DNA of 46,081 nt from positions 1-46,081 of the forward strand of contig JAZQMH010000109.1 in assembly GCA_045543255.1 (NCBI GenBank), written 5' to 3'. The notes beneath the pieces were generated by a model that was not told the DNA's origin, did no database searches, and was given only the letters and a program-made list of their open reading frames with translations. Within the stretch, counting starts at the first letter, position 1; each line of letters starts with the position of its first letter. Below, one piece after another: positions 17,020-26,953 of the stretch. Both the position numbers and the translations under genes were made by a program. The DNA is from Vescimonas sp. Its GTDB lineage: Bacteria > Bacillota > Clostridia > Oscillospirales > Oscillospiraceae.

Positions 17020-18165
17020 TTACTCCCCTACCTTGACCCAGCGGCCTTCCTTGGCGCTGAGGCAGATGGCGTTGCACAGCTCCATCTCACGCAGGCCTGC
17101 CTCGAAGGTGGCGAACAGGCCGGGGGAGGTGTCGCCCTTCTCGATGGCGGCATAGATGGCCTTGAAGTTCTGCTTGAAGGTGTCGGGAAAGCCCTCCACG
17201 TGACCGCCGGGATAGCTGTTGGCAGCGGCAGCCAGAGGATCCATGATGGAGGGATCTTTCACCACGGTCTGATTGTACGTATCGCGGCGGCCTACCCACA
17301 GCTGGTTGCTGTCCTCGCTGTCCCAGCGCAGGGCACACTTGCTGCCGCTGATGTTCATGACCATCTGATTCTTGCGTCCGGCAAAGACCTGATTGATGAC
17401 GCAGGTGCCGAAAGCGCCGTTATCGAAGTGGAAGAGGACGGCACAGTAATCCTCCGTCTCCACGGGGACTTCCTCGTAATCCTCGGGGCGCAGGGCCATA
17501 CCGGAGTAGGTAGCCACGGCCTTGAGGGGCTTTTTGCGGGTTTTGTGGAAGATACCGAAGTCGGCAAACACCTCCACCGCCTTCAGTCCCGTGACGGACT
17601 CCACCATGTCGATCCAGTGGGAGCCGATGTCACCGAAGGCGCGGCTCTCACCGCTGAGGACGGGGTCAAGACGCCAGCTGAAGTCGGTGTCGAGATACAT
17701 CCAGTCCTGCAGGTAGCTGCCGTGGACGGTGTAGACCTTGCCCACCTCGCCGCTCTCCACCATGGAGCGGCACTGCATCACCTGGGGATACCAGCGGCAG
17801 TTGAAGTTGACGGCGTTGACGATGTTGTGCTCCTTGGCGTAGCGGCACAGCTCCTTGGCCTGCTCCATGGTCGTGGTCAGAGGCTTCTCGCACACCACGG
17901 CGATGCCCCGCTCCATGGCGTACATCGCCATCTCATAATGGGAGTTGTTGGGAGTGCAGATGTGGACAACATCGGGCTTTTCGATGTCCAGCATCTCCCT
18001 GTAGTCGGCATAGCCCTTGGGCACACAGTTTGCCGCGGCTTTTCCCTCGGCATCAGATGTGTTGGCAACAGCCACAACATCTACATTCCCCAAGCGGCGA
18101 AGGGCCTCAATATGGGCGGCGCCGATAAATCCGACACCAATAACACAGGCTCTGAATCGTTTCAC
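17020..18165 (-). CDS. Gfo/Idh/MocA family oxidoreductase
   Basis: VIGVGFIG, HICTPNNSH, VCEKP, GSYLQDW, GDIGSHWID; GTG start after AAGGAGG. Confidence 0.92.
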   Translation of the reverse strand: MKRFRACVIGVGFIGAAHIEALRRLGNVDVVAVANTSDAEGKAAANCVPKGYADYREMLDIEKPDVVHICTPNNSHYEMAMYAMERGIAVVCEKPLTTTMEQAKELCRYAKEHNIVNAVNFNCRWYPQVMQCRSMVESGEVGKVYTVHGSYLQDWMYLDTDFSWRLDPVLSGESRAFGDIGSHWIDMVESVTGLKAVEVFADFGIFHKTRKKPLKAVATYSGMALRPEDYEEVPVETEDYCAVLFHFDNGAFGTCVINQVFAGRKNQMVMNISGSKCALRWDSEDSNQLWVGRRDTYNQTVVKDPSIMDPLAAAANSYPGGHVEGFPDTFKQNFKAIYAAIEKGDTSPGLFATFEAGLREMELCNAICLSAKEGRWVKVGE

Positions 18166-18214
18166 GAAAAGACCTCCTTGTTGTTTTGTTTCCACGCAAT
18201 ATATAGATACAATC

Positions 18215-18243
18215 AGTATATCGTAAGCTGTAAAAAAATGCAA
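18215..18243 (-). promoter_or_regulatory. Putative promoter for leftward sugar operon
   Basis: TTGCAT-17 bp-TATACT on minus strand. Confidence 0.55.
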
Positions 18244-18270
18244 GAGGAATCCACGGGAGTTGGCAAACAT

Positions 18271-18318
18271 TGAAAGGAAATAAAAAGTATTGAAAATAAA
18301 TGAAAACGGTGCTATACT
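18271..18318 (+). promoter_or_regulatory. Putative deoC operon promoter overlapped by four 10-bp direct repeats
   Basis: TTGAAA(18290)-17 bp-TATACT(18313) with TG extension; repeats TGAAAGGAAA TAAAAAGTAT TGAAAATAAA TGAAAACGGT. Confidence 0.6.
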
Positions 18319-18413
18319 TTTTTCACGGTAAAACCGCCCGATTCTCCCGTGTTTTCGGGGAGTGGGGCAAGAAAAAAGCAGTAACCGATTTGATGAGAAA
18401 GGAATGGATAACT

Positions 18414-19169
18414 ATGAACAAAATCAAGGCGCAGGATATTGCCGATATGATCGATCATTCCCTGCTGAATCCCACCTTTACTTTGGAGGAGATCAAGCGC
18501 GGCTGCGAGATCGCCAAGGAGTATAAGTGCATCTCTGTTTGCCTTCGTCCCTGCGATGTGGAGTTTGCCTCCGAGATCCTCAAGGGTAGCGACGTGCTGA
18601 TCACCACCGTCATCGGTTTCCCCCACGGCTCCAACCTGACGGAGGTCAAGGTTTTTGAGACCAAGAAGGCCATCGAGCAGGGCTGCGTGGAAGTGGACGT
18701 GGTGCTGAACATCGGCCGCCTCCTCTCCGGCGATTACGAGTATGTAGAGAAGGATCTGAAGGCTGTTGTGGATGCTGCCCATGAAAAGGGCGTTGTGGTG
18801 AAGGTGATCTTTGAGAACGCCTACCTCACCGATGAGCAGAAGCTGAAGGCCTGCGAGATCTGCACCCGCGTGGGCGCTGACTTTACCAAGACCGCTACCG
18901 GCTATGCCCCCGGCGGCGCTACCATTCACGATCTGAAGCTGATGCGTGCCAATACCCCTGCCCATATGCAGGTGAAGGCCGCCGGCGGTGTCCGCGCGCT
19001 GGACGATGCCCTGATGGTGAAGGCTGTGGGCGGCACCCGCTTTGGCTGCACCCGCACCGAGTCCATGATGGCAGCAGCCCGTGAGCGTGAAGCTGCCGGT
19101 ACGCTGGTGCTGCCCGAGGTAACGGACGATATGGAGTTCCCCGCTGTGCTGGCTGCACAGGGCAAGTAA
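18414..19169 (+). CDS. deoC: Deoxyribose-phosphate aldolase-like protein
   Basis: IDHSLL, TVIGFPHG, EVDVVLNIG, KVIFE, KTATG, VKAAGGVR motifs; RBS GAAAGGA. Confidence 0.88.
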   Translation: MNKIKAQDIADMIDHSLLNPTFTLEEIKRGCEIAKEYKCISVCLRPCDVEFASEILKGSDVLITTVIGFPHGSNLTEVKVFETKKAIEQGCVEVDVVLNIGRLLSGDYEYVEKDLKAVVDAAHEKGVVVKVIFENAYLTDEQKLKACEICTRVGADFTKTATGYAPGGATIHDLKLMRANTPAHMQVKAAGGVRALDDALMVKAVGGTRFGCTRTESMMAAAREREAAGTLVLPEVTDDMEFPAVLAAQGK

Positions 19170-19192
19170 ATACGACACAGGAGGGTATGCAT

Positions 19193-20305
19193 ATGGAAGC
19201 TATGAAGGAAAAAATGATCGCCGCCACCAAGTATCCTCTGCCTCAGCGCAAGGATTGGCGCATCGGCTGCATCGGCTCCGGCTTTATTATGGCCGACTGC
19301 CATCTGGTGTCCTATAAGAATGCAGGTTTTAACCCTGTCGCCATCGCCTCCCGCACCCCTGCCAACGCCAAGGCGGTGGCGGAGCGCCACGAGATCGGCA
19401 AGGTCTACGACACGTGGCAGGAGATGCTGCAGGATGACTCTTTGGAGATCCTGGACATCGCCTATCCTCCCGATCAGCAGCTGGAGATCGTCCGTGAGGC
19501 GGTGAAGTGCCCCAATCTGAAGGGCATTCTGTGCCAGAAGCCTATCGAGATGTCCATTGAGAACGCCCGTGAGATCGTCCGCTTGGGCGAGGAGTACGGC
19601 AAGACCATCGCCGTCAACTCCAATATGCGCTGCGATCAGTCCATGCGCGCGTTGAAGTACCTGCTGGATACCAAGGAGCTGGGCGAGCCCGTGCTGGCCA
19701 CCATCGAGATGCGCGCCATCCCCCACTGGCAGGACTTCCTGAAGGAGTATGACAAGCTGGAGATCTTCGGCATGGGCATCCACCATGTGGATATTTTCCG
19801 CTTTATGTTCGGCGATCCCGCCGAGATCACGGCTGTGTGCCGCACCGATCCCCGCACGAAGTTTGAGCATACCGACGGCATCGTCCAGTTCACCTATAAG
19901 TACGATAACGGCATCATGGCCACCTCTTTGGACGATGTGTGGGCATGGCCTGAAGAGCCCTGCGAGAAGGATATCTATATCCGCTGGCGCGTAGAGGGCA
20001 CCGAGGGTATGGCACAGGGCACCATCGGCTGGCCCAAGTACCCCGAGCGCTGCCCCTCCACCCTGCGCTTCACGTCCAAGCGCTATCCCCATCAGTGGAT
20101 CGAGCCCAAGTGGGATACCGTGTGGTTCCCCGATGCCTTTGAAGGCACGATGGCTCAACTGCTGCGGGCCGTGGAACAGGGCACCGAGCCTGAGATCTCT
20201 GCCCGCGACAATGTCCACACCATTGCCTGCGTGGAGGCCTGCTACAAGTCTATCGCTGAGAAGCGCACCGTGGCCCTCAGCGAGATGCTGCTGCCTACCG
20301 ATTGA
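19193..20305 (+). CDS. Gfo/Idh/MocA family oxidoreductase
   Basis: IGCIGSGFI, DIAYPP, LCQKP, GIHHVD motifs; RBS AGGAGG. Confidence 0.88.
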   Translation: MEAMKEKMIAATKYPLPQRKDWRIGCIGSGFIMADCHLVSYKNAGFNPVAIASRTPANAKAVAERHEIGKVYDTWQEMLQDDSLEILDIAYPPDQQLEIVREAVKCPNLKGILCQKPIEMSIENAREIVRLGEEYGKTIAVNSNMRCDQSMRALKYLLDTKELGEPVLATIEMRAIPHWQDFLKEYDKLEIFGMGIHHVDIFRFMFGDPAEITAVCRTDPRTKFEHTDGIVQFTYKYDNGIMATSLDDVWAWPEEPCEKDIYIRWRVEGTEGMAQGTIGWPKYPERCPSTLRFTSKRYPHQWIEPKWDTVWFPDAFEGTMAQLLRAVEQGTEPEISARDNVHTIACVEACYKSIAEKRTVALSEMLLPTD

Positions 20306-20346
20306 TGTAAGCGTATAGGAATGAGATATAACAAGGAGGAACAATT

Positions 20347-21249
20347 ATGATCAGCGTTGGTATTTTCACCGGTTATTATCCCTATAAGATGGACGAGGTC
20401 ATCCGTCGTATCAAGGCCTCCGACTTTAACTGCGTGCAGCTGGACGTGTCCTTCAAGGATTTCGATGCTGCCTATGAGCCCTTGACGGAGAAGAAGGCCC
20501 ACGAGATCCGCGATGCCTTCCGTGACGCCAATCTCCCTGTCATCGCCGTGTCCGGCTACACCAATTTCATCCATCCCGATCCCGATATTCGCAAGCGCAA
20601 TATCGACTATTTAAAGATGATGCTGCGCTATGCCCGCGATCTGGGCTGCCCCTACGTGGGAAGCGAGACGGGTACGTACAATCTGGAGAGCGACTGGGTC
20701 TGGCATGAGAAGAACGCCGATCCCAAGGTCTATGATGAGACCATCGAGATCATCCGCGATCTGGCTGAGTTCGCCGGCGAGTGGGGTTCTACCTTCATCG
20801 TGGAGAACTACGTCAACAACGTCATCGGCTCTGTGGAGCAGGTGGAGCAGATGTTCAAGGATGTCAACAGCAAGAATCTGGGCCTCATCTGCGATCCTAC
20901 CAACTATTTCGATGAGAACACCATTAAGGATGTGGATGGCACCATCAACCACATCTTCGACCGTCTGAGCCCCTACATGAAGATCGCCCACGCCAAGGAC
21001 ATCAAGCTGGCTACCGATACGGGCGAAAAGCACGCCGACATCGATGCCGACGCATCTCACTCCTTCCGCGGCAGCGGCGGCGTGGAGCTGCCTGCCGCAG
21101 GTCTGGGCATCCTTAACTATGAGCTGTATGTGAAGCGTCTGGCTGTGGAGCATCCCAATATCCCCCTCATCATCGAGCATCTCGACGAGGGCGACATCGA
21201 GCGCGCCAAGCGCTTTACCGACGGCGTGCTTAAGCGCATGGGCGTGTAA
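20347..21249 (+). CDS. Sugar phosphate isomerase/epimerase (AP endonuclease 2 TIM barrel)
   Basis: SETG, IVEN, DPTN, AHAKD, AAGLG, IIEH pattern. Confidence 0.88.
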   Translation: MISVGIFTGYYPYKMDEVIRRIKASDFNCVQLDVSFKDFDAAYEPLTEKKAHEIRDAFRDANLPVIAVSGYTNFIHPDPDIRKRNIDYLKMMLRYARDLGCPYVGSETGTYNLESDWVWHEKNADPKVYDETIEIIRDLAEFAGEWGSTFIVENYVNNVIGSVEQVEQMFKDVNSKNLGLICDPTNYFDENTIKDVDGTINHIFDRLSPYMKIAHAKDIKLATDTGEKHADIDADASHSFRGSGGVELPAAGLGILNYELYVKRLAVEHPNIPLIIEHLDEGDIERAKRFTDGVLKRMGV

Positions 21250-21281
21250 AGACGGCACGGAAACAACGGGGAGGAAGAATT

Positions 21282-22229
21282 ATGCAATATCGTATCGGCA
21301 TCGACCTTGGCGGCACTGCCATCAAGGCGGGCGTTGTTGATGAGAACAATCAGGTGGTGTTCAGCCACACCCAGCCTACGGGTGAGGGCTTTGAGCAGGT
21401 GGTAGCCGACATGGCAAAAGCTGCGGAGACAGTGGCTGCCATGGCGGGACTGAAGGTGACCGACTTCCCCTGCGTGGGTGTTGGTACGCCCAGCTGCATC
21501 AACCCCAAAACAGGGCGGCTGGTGTTCTCCAACAATACCAACTGGCGGGATATGCCTCTGCGTGAGGAATTGGAGAAGCATCTGCCTGTCCCCGTGTATA
21601 TCGGCAACGATGCCAACTGCGCCATTATCGGCGAGGCGGTGGCAGGTGCTGCCAAGGATTGTCAGAGCGTTGTGATGCTGACGCTGGGTACCGGCGTTGG
21701 CGGCGGCGTGATTTTGGATGGCAAGCTGTTTGTGGGCGGCGACGGCATGGGTGCCGAGCTGGGTCATATGCCTGTGATCCATCAAGGTGAGATGTGCACC
21801 TGCGGTATCCCCGGCTGTCTGGAGGCTTACGCTTCCGTGACGGCGCTGATCCGTCAGGCGGAGGAGAAGATGAAGGACTATCCCGATTCTCTGCTCCATG
21901 TCCGCGCTGCGGAAAACGGCGGCGCTCTCAACGGCCGCATCATCTTCGACTGCGCCCATGAAAACGATCCTGCCGCGCTGGCGGTGGTGGATCAGTACGA
22001 GGAGTATCTGGCTAACGGTATCGGCGGCCTTATCAACATTTTCCGCCCCGAGGTATTCTTGATCGGCGGCGGCCTGTCGGCTCAGGGCGAGTACCTGCTG
22101 GCGCCTGTTCGGGAAAAGGTGAAGAAATATGCCTTTGCCTATGATATTATCGGCGTACCTCCCGTGGTGAAGGCGACGCTGGGTAATGCCGCAGGCACCA
22201 TCGGTGCCGCCTACCTTGACCGTATGTAA
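21282..22229 (+). CDS. ROK family sugar kinase
   Basis: GIDLGGT, NDANCA, TLGTGVGGG, ELGHM, CTCG..GCLE zinc motif; no N-terminal HTH. Confidence 0.93.
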   Translation: MQYRIGIDLGGTAIKAGVVDENNQVVFSHTQPTGEGFEQVVADMAKAAETVAAMAGLKVTDFPCVGVGTPSCINPKTGRLVFSNNTNWRDMPLREELEKHLPVPVYIGNDANCAIIGEAVAGAAKDCQSVVMLTLGTGVGGGVILDGKLFVGGDGMGAELGHMPVIHQGEMCTCGIPGCLEAYASVTALIRQAEEKMKDYPDSLLHVRAAENGGALNGRIIFDCAHENDPAALAVVDQYEEYLANGIGGLINIFRPEVFLIGGGLSAQGEYLLAPVREKVKKYAFAYDIIGVPPVVKATLGNAAGTIGAAYLDRM

Positions 22230-23227
22230 TGCCTATGCGCTTCGGAACCATAGGAACAAATTTTATCTCTCGTGAATTCCGCAAAGCAGGGGAGAAGCTG
22301 GAGGGCTTCTCCCTTGCCGTGGTGTATTCCCGCACCATGGAGACGGCCCGTGCCTTCGCGGGAGAAGATGCCATCGCCTGCACCGACAGTTTGCAGGAGC
22401 TGGCCTCTCGGGAGGATGTGGACGCTGTTTACATCGCCTCCCCCAACAAATTCCACTATGAGCAGGCAGCGCAGATGCTGCGTGCGGGAAAGCACGTGCT
22501 GCTGGAAAAGCCCGCCTGCCCCGACGCAGCAGCCTTCGCACACCTTACGGCACTGGCCCGTGAAAACGGCGTGGTGCTGCTGGAGGCGATGCGCTCTGTG
22601 TTCACCCCGGGCTTTCGGGCGCTAAGAGAGGCGGTTGACAAGGTGGGCAAGGTGCGCCGCGTATCTTTTACCTATTGTCAGTACTCCTCCCGCTACGACG
22701 CCTATAAGCGGGGCGTGGTGGAGAACGCCTTTGACCCCGCCTTTTGCAATGGCTCACTGATGGACATCGGCGTGTATTGCGCTCACGCGCTGGTGGCGCT
22801 GTTCGGCCTGCCCGAGGAGATGGCGGCGGTTGCTAACAGGCTGGATAACGGCTTGGACAGTCAGGGAAGTGTGCTGTGCCGCTACGGCGACATGGTGGCC
22901 GACCTCAGCTGGTCGAAGGTGGCTGACAGCCGCAGAGACAATGAGATCCAAGGGGAGGAAGGGACCCTGCTGATCGACAGCATCACCAATCCGAAGAAGA
23001 TCGTGTTGGTGGGCCGCGATAAGCGTCGGCAGACCCTGTATTCTGACCCGGACGAGGAATTTTTTGGCATGGATCACGAGATCTGCGCCTTTATGGACTT
23101 TGCTGCCCACTGTACAGACGGTGCCCGTCCGTGGGAGGAGTTCAATCTGATCACCGAGCAAACCCTGTCGCTGATGGATGAGATCCGCAGACAGACGGGT
23201 ATCGATTTTCGTAATCTGCACCAATAA
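22229..23227 (+). CDS. Gfo/Idh/MocA family oxidoreductase (YgjR/YulF-like)
   Basis: FGTIGTNFI, YIASPNKFH, LLEKP, CQYSSRY, GSLMDIGVY. Confidence 0.9.
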   Translation: MPMRFGTIGTNFISREFRKAGEKLEGFSLAVVYSRTMETARAFAGEDAIACTDSLQELASREDVDAVYIASPNKFHYEQAAQMLRAGKHVLLEKPACPDAAAFAHLTALARENGVVLLEAMRSVFTPGFRALREAVDKVGKVRRVSFTYCQYSSRYDAYKRGVVENAFDPAFCNGSLMDIGVYCAHALVALFGLPEEMAAVANRLDNGLDSQGSVLCRYGDMVADLSWSKVADSRRDNEIQGEEGTLLIDSITNPKKIVLVGRDKRRQTLYSDPDEEFFGMDHEICAFMDFAAHCTDGARPWEEFNLITEQTLSLMDEIRRQTGIDFRNLHQ

Positions 23228-23241
23228 GAGGGGTGAAGAAC

Positions 23242-24015
23242 ATGATCGCATCGGCGAGAAGCGTGTATATTTTGAAGCGGCTCAACGAAGTGGGCATTGT
23301 GGACTACAAGAGCATTGCCGCGGAATTGGGCGTATCGGAGGCCACGGTGCGCCGTGACTTTGAGAAGCTGGAATCTCAGGGAAAACTCCGCCGTGTGCAG
23401 AGCGGCGCTATGCGTCCCGACGGCATGGACGGCGGGTTTGATGCGGAGCTGTCCATTCGCGCCAAGCACAACATCAACCATGATGAGAAGGTACTGGTGG
23501 CACGGGCGGCGGCGGAAGCGGTGCAGGACGGCGAGTGTATCTTTTTGGATATGGGTACCAGTATTGCGCCGATGGCGCCCATCCTGCTGGCAAAGCCGAT
23601 CCGCATCGTCACCTGCAACACGGTGGTGCTGCAGCAGGTCACCTCTCTTTCCAAGGCGGAGGTGTTCTCCCTCGGCGGCAGAGTGGTGCCCCACGATCAG
23701 ATGATCGTCGGCCCTATGACGGAGAGCAATTTGGAGCAGTTCGGCTTTAACCGCGCCTTTATCGGCTGCATGGGCTTGAATATTGGCAGCAACATCGTCT
23801 ATGCCACGGACATGGAGTGTGTGCGCTTGAAGAATGTAGCTATGAAGAACGCGCAGCACAGCTATCTCCTTGCCGATCAGACGAAACTCAGCAAGGTGGG
23901 CCTGTTCCGCTTCGCGGGGCTGGACGCCTTCGAAAAAGTATACATCGACGGCGCCAAACCCAAGGGAGATGTCCCGCGGAATATGGTGTTCGTGGAGAAG
24001 AAACTTGAAAAATGA
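23242..24015 (+). CDS. DeoR/GlpR family transcriptional regulator
   Basis: VSEATVRRD HTH; IFLDMGTS, AFIG, LADQTK sensor-domain motifs. Confidence 0.92.
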   Translation: MIASARSVYILKRLNEVGIVDYKSIAAELGVSEATVRRDFEKLESQGKLRRVQSGAMRPDGMDGGFDAELSIRAKHNINHDEKVLVARAAAEAVQDGECIFLDMGTSIAPMAPILLAKPIRIVTCNTVVLQQVTSLSKAEVFSLGGRVVPHDQMIVGPMTESNLEQFGFNRAFIGCMGLNIGSNIVYATDMECVRLKNVAMKNAQHSYLLADQTKLSKVGLFRFAGLDAFEKVYIDGAKPKGDVPRNMVFVEKKLEK

Positions 24016-24070
24016 AGAGTGAAAATGAAAACGTCCATGCGTAAGTATGGGCGTTTTTGCAAGAGTATGA

Positions 24071-24098
24071 TTGACTTTGAAAGAAAAAGTGCTATACT
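24071..24098 (+). promoter_or_regulatory. Putative nanE promoter
   Basis: TTGACT-16 bp-TATACT with TG extension. Confidence 0.6.
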
Positions 24099-24132
24099 GG
24101 TTGTCAAAGAAATGAGGAAGGGAGATCCTGTT

Positions 24133-24882
24133 ATGAAAACGACTGATCCGAGAAAAAAGGCGATTTTGGAATCCTTCAAGAATGGTTTGATCGTGTCCTG
24201 CCAGGTGCAGCACGATGATCCCATCTCTACCCCCGATATGCACGTAAAAATGGCAGAGGCCGCCGTTTGGGGCGGCGCGGTGGGTATCCGCGCCAACTCC
24301 CCTGAGCAGATTCGCGATATTAAGGCGGTGGTGGATCTTCCTGTCATTGGTCTTTACAAGCAGTGGAAGGCGGGCACCGATGTGTTCATCACCCCCACCA
24401 TGGAGGCTGTCCGCGAGGTGTATGAAGCAGGCGCTGAGATCATCGCTCTGGACTGCACCGACCAGATCACCGCTGAAGGCCGTCCTGCCTGGGAGCTGCT
24501 GCCCCAGGCCATGAAGGCGTTCCCCGATGCTATGTTCTTTGCCGATGTCTCCACCTATGACGAGGCAAAGCGGGCTGTGGAACTGGGTGCCGATATCGTT
24601 GGCCCCACCCTGTATGGCTACACGGAGCAGACCAAGCATATCGAAGAGCCGAACCTGCGTGAATTCGCCCGTATGTGCCGCGATTTTGGTGATCAGGTGT
24701 ACATGATTATGGAGGGGCACATTTACTCTCCCGAGGATGCAATCAAGTGTTTGTATCTGGGTGCGCACTCCGTAGTGGTGGGTAGTGCTATTACCCGCCC
24801 CCACCTGATCACCAAGCGGTTTACGGATCTGATGGGCTGCTATAAGACCAACTGGCGCGACGCGGAGCGAAGCGCACACTGA
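24133..24882 (+). CDS. nanE: N-acetylmannosamine-6-phosphate 2-epimerase
   Basis: GLIVSCQ, GIRAN, PVIGLYK, ITPT, IALD, TLYGYT, VVVGSAITRP motifs. Confidence 0.92.
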   Translation: MKTTDPRKKAILESFKNGLIVSCQVQHDDPISTPDMHVKMAEAAVWGGAVGIRANSPEQIRDIKAVVDLPVIGLYKQWKAGTDVFITPTMEAVREVYEAGAEIIALDCTDQITAEGRPAWELLPQAMKAFPDAMFFADVSTYDEAKRAVELGADIVGPTLYGYTEQTKHIEEPNLREFARMCRDFGDQVYMIMEGHIYSPEDAIKCLYLGAHSVVVGSAITRPHLITKRFTDLMGCYKTNWRDAERSAH

Positions 24883-24921
24883 TCGGCGGCGCACGGCGCC
24901 GCACAAGTCGGAGGATACACC

Positions 24922-25830
24922 ATGTTGTTACTGACACCTGCCTGTAAAGACTATCTTTGGGGCGGTACATTGCTGAAAGAACGCTACGGTAAGGGCGAAG
25001 AGCTGTACATCGTGGCGGAGAGCTGGGAACTGTCCACCCATCCCGATGGGCTGACAAAGATCGCGGGCGGAGAAGGTTGTCTGCGCGACTATCTCAAGGC
25101 GCACCCTGCCGCAGGCGGTGGAAGCGTCAGCGGCGAGGGGGATCTGCCCCTGCTGGTGAAGCTCATCGATGCCCGCAAGCCCCTGTCGGTACAGGTGCAT
25201 CCCGATGACGCCTACGCGGCCCGTGTGGGGCAGCGGGGCAAGACGGAGCTGTGGCACGTGTTGGATGCCGCACCCGACGCCTATCTCTACCTTGGCTTGA
25301 GTAGACCCGTTTCCCGTGAGGAGCTGGCGGAGCGTATCGCCCACAACACGGTGGAGGAGATCTTGAAAAAAGTCCCCGTCCACAAGGGGGAGAGCTATTA
25401 TATCCCCGCCGGCACGCTCCACGCCATCGGCGCGGGCTGCCTGATCTATGAGGTGCAGCAGAGTTCCAATCTCACCTACCGCGTGTATGACTACGGGCGC
25501 TTGGGTGCCGACGGAAAGCCCCGCCAGCTGCATATTGAAGATGCGCTGGCAGTGACGAACCGCAACTTGGTGGACACCACGCCGCCAAAGGGGAATGAAG
25601 CGGACGGCACCATCGTGTCGTGCCCCTATTTCACCCTGCGTGAGGTGGCGGTGGCGGGCGCGGCGGAATTCTCTGCGCCTCATAATAGCTTTTGCCACCT
25701 GCTGTGCGCAGAAGGCGAAGTGACGGTGGCGGGAGAGGTGCTGCGTGCCGGTATGGGCGCGTTTCTCTGCGCCGACGAGACGGTATCCCTGCAGGGCAGC
25801 GGCAAACTGCTGGCTGTGAGCGCAGGGTAA
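24922..25830 (+). CDS. manA: Mannose-6-phosphate isomerase, class I
   Basis: YLWGG, ESWE, PLLVKLIDA..LSVQVHPDD, GKTE, GTLHA, EVQQSS.TYR motifs. Confidence 0.92.
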   Translation: MLLLTPACKDYLWGGTLLKERYGKGEELYIVAESWELSTHPDGLTKIAGGEGCLRDYLKAHPAAGGGSVSGEGDLPLLVKLIDARKPLSVQVHPDDAYAARVGQRGKTELWHVLDAAPDAYLYLGLSRPVSREELAERIAHNTVEEILKKVPVHKGESYYIPAGTLHAIGAGCLIYEVQQSSNLTYRVYDYGRLGADGKPRQLHIEDALAVTNRNLVDTTPPKGNEADGTIVSCPYFTLREVAVAGAAEFSAPHNSFCHLLCAEGEVTVAGEVLRAGMGAFLCADETVSLQGSGKLLAVSAG

Positions 25831-25981
25831 AGATGGGGCGCGAACTACGCGAAAACAGAGAATTTACTTGCATATTACGCCGGAATGATGCATACTGGTG
25901 TAGATTCAAAACAAAAAGGTTTTGATGGTTTTCGCGTGTTTGCGCTGAAGTCCTCGGCGCGGAAAAAGGAGGTTGACCCTG

Positions 25982-26953
25982 TTGGTCAAAGTTGAACATC
26001 TTGTGAAATATTACGGAGAGAAGAAGGTCCTGTCGGACATCAGCTTTTCTATCCGTGAAGGTGAGATCGTCGGTTTGCTGGGCCTCAACGGCGCGGGCAA
26101 ATCCACTACCATGAACATCCTCACCGGCTATCTCAGCGCCACTTCCGGCCGCGTGGAGATCGACGGTCACGATATTCTGGCCGATGCCCATGCCGCCAAG
26201 GCCAACATCGGCTATCTGCCGGAGCTGTTTGCCTTCTATCCGGAGATGCGGGTGGAGGAGTATCTGCAGTTTTGCTGCGATCTCAAGAAGGTGACAAAAG
26301 ATAAAAAAGAACGTGCAGCCCACCTCGACGCAATTTGCGAGCGCGTGGGCTTAAGTCACGTGCGGGGGAGAATGATCCGCAACCTCTCCAAGGGCTACAA
26401 GCAGCGTGTGGGCTTTGCTCAGGCGCTGGTGGGCAGCCCCAAGGTGCTGATCCTCGATGAGCCCACGGTGGGTCTCGACCCCTCTCAGATCATTGAGATC
26501 CGCGATCTGATCCGCAGTGCGGGCAAGTCCAGCACCGTTATCGTCTCTTCCCATATTCTGAGCGAGATCCAAGCCATCTGTGACCGCGTCATCGTGATCC
26601 ACGGCGGCCATGTTATCGCCGATGATACCCCCGAGAGTCTCTCCCGCATGATCTTGGCCACCCACCGTGTGGTGGTGCGTGTGGCGGGCGAGCCCGAGGC
26701 GGTATTGGCAGCGCTGAAGGCCACCCCCGGCGTGGAGAAGGTGACGCAGCTGACGGAGAAAGAGCCCGGTGCTTACGATTACCGCATCGACGGCGCACCC
26801 GACACCGATATCCGTGCCGACGTGTTCCGCTCCCTCGCCAAGGCGGATCTGCCGCTATTGTGTACGTATAACAATGAGCTTTCCCTTGAGGATGTGTTCC
26901 TCAATCTGGTGGGCGATACCCATAATGAGCAGAAGGAGGGAGAGGCACAATGA
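25982..26953 (+). CDS. ABC-2 type transporter ATP-binding protein (GldA-like)
   Basis: GLNGAGKST, LSKGYKQRVG, ILDEPT, SSHIL; TTG start 9 nt after AGGAGG. Confidence 0.92.
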   Translation: MVKVEHLVKYYGEKKVLSDISFSIREGEIVGLLGLNGAGKSTTMNILTGYLSATSGRVEIDGHDILADAHAAKANIGYLPELFAFYPEMRVEEYLQFCCDLKKVTKDKKERAAHLDAICERVGLSHVRGRMIRNLSKGYKQRVGFAQALVGSPKVLILDEPTVGLDPSQIIEIRDLIRSAGKSSTVIVSSHILSEIQAICDRVIVIHGGHVIADDTPESLSRMILATHRVVVRVAGEPEAVLAALKATPGVEKVTQLTEKEPGAYDYRIDGAPDTDIRADVFRSLAKADLPLLCTYNNELSLEDVFLNLVGDTHNEQKEGEAQ

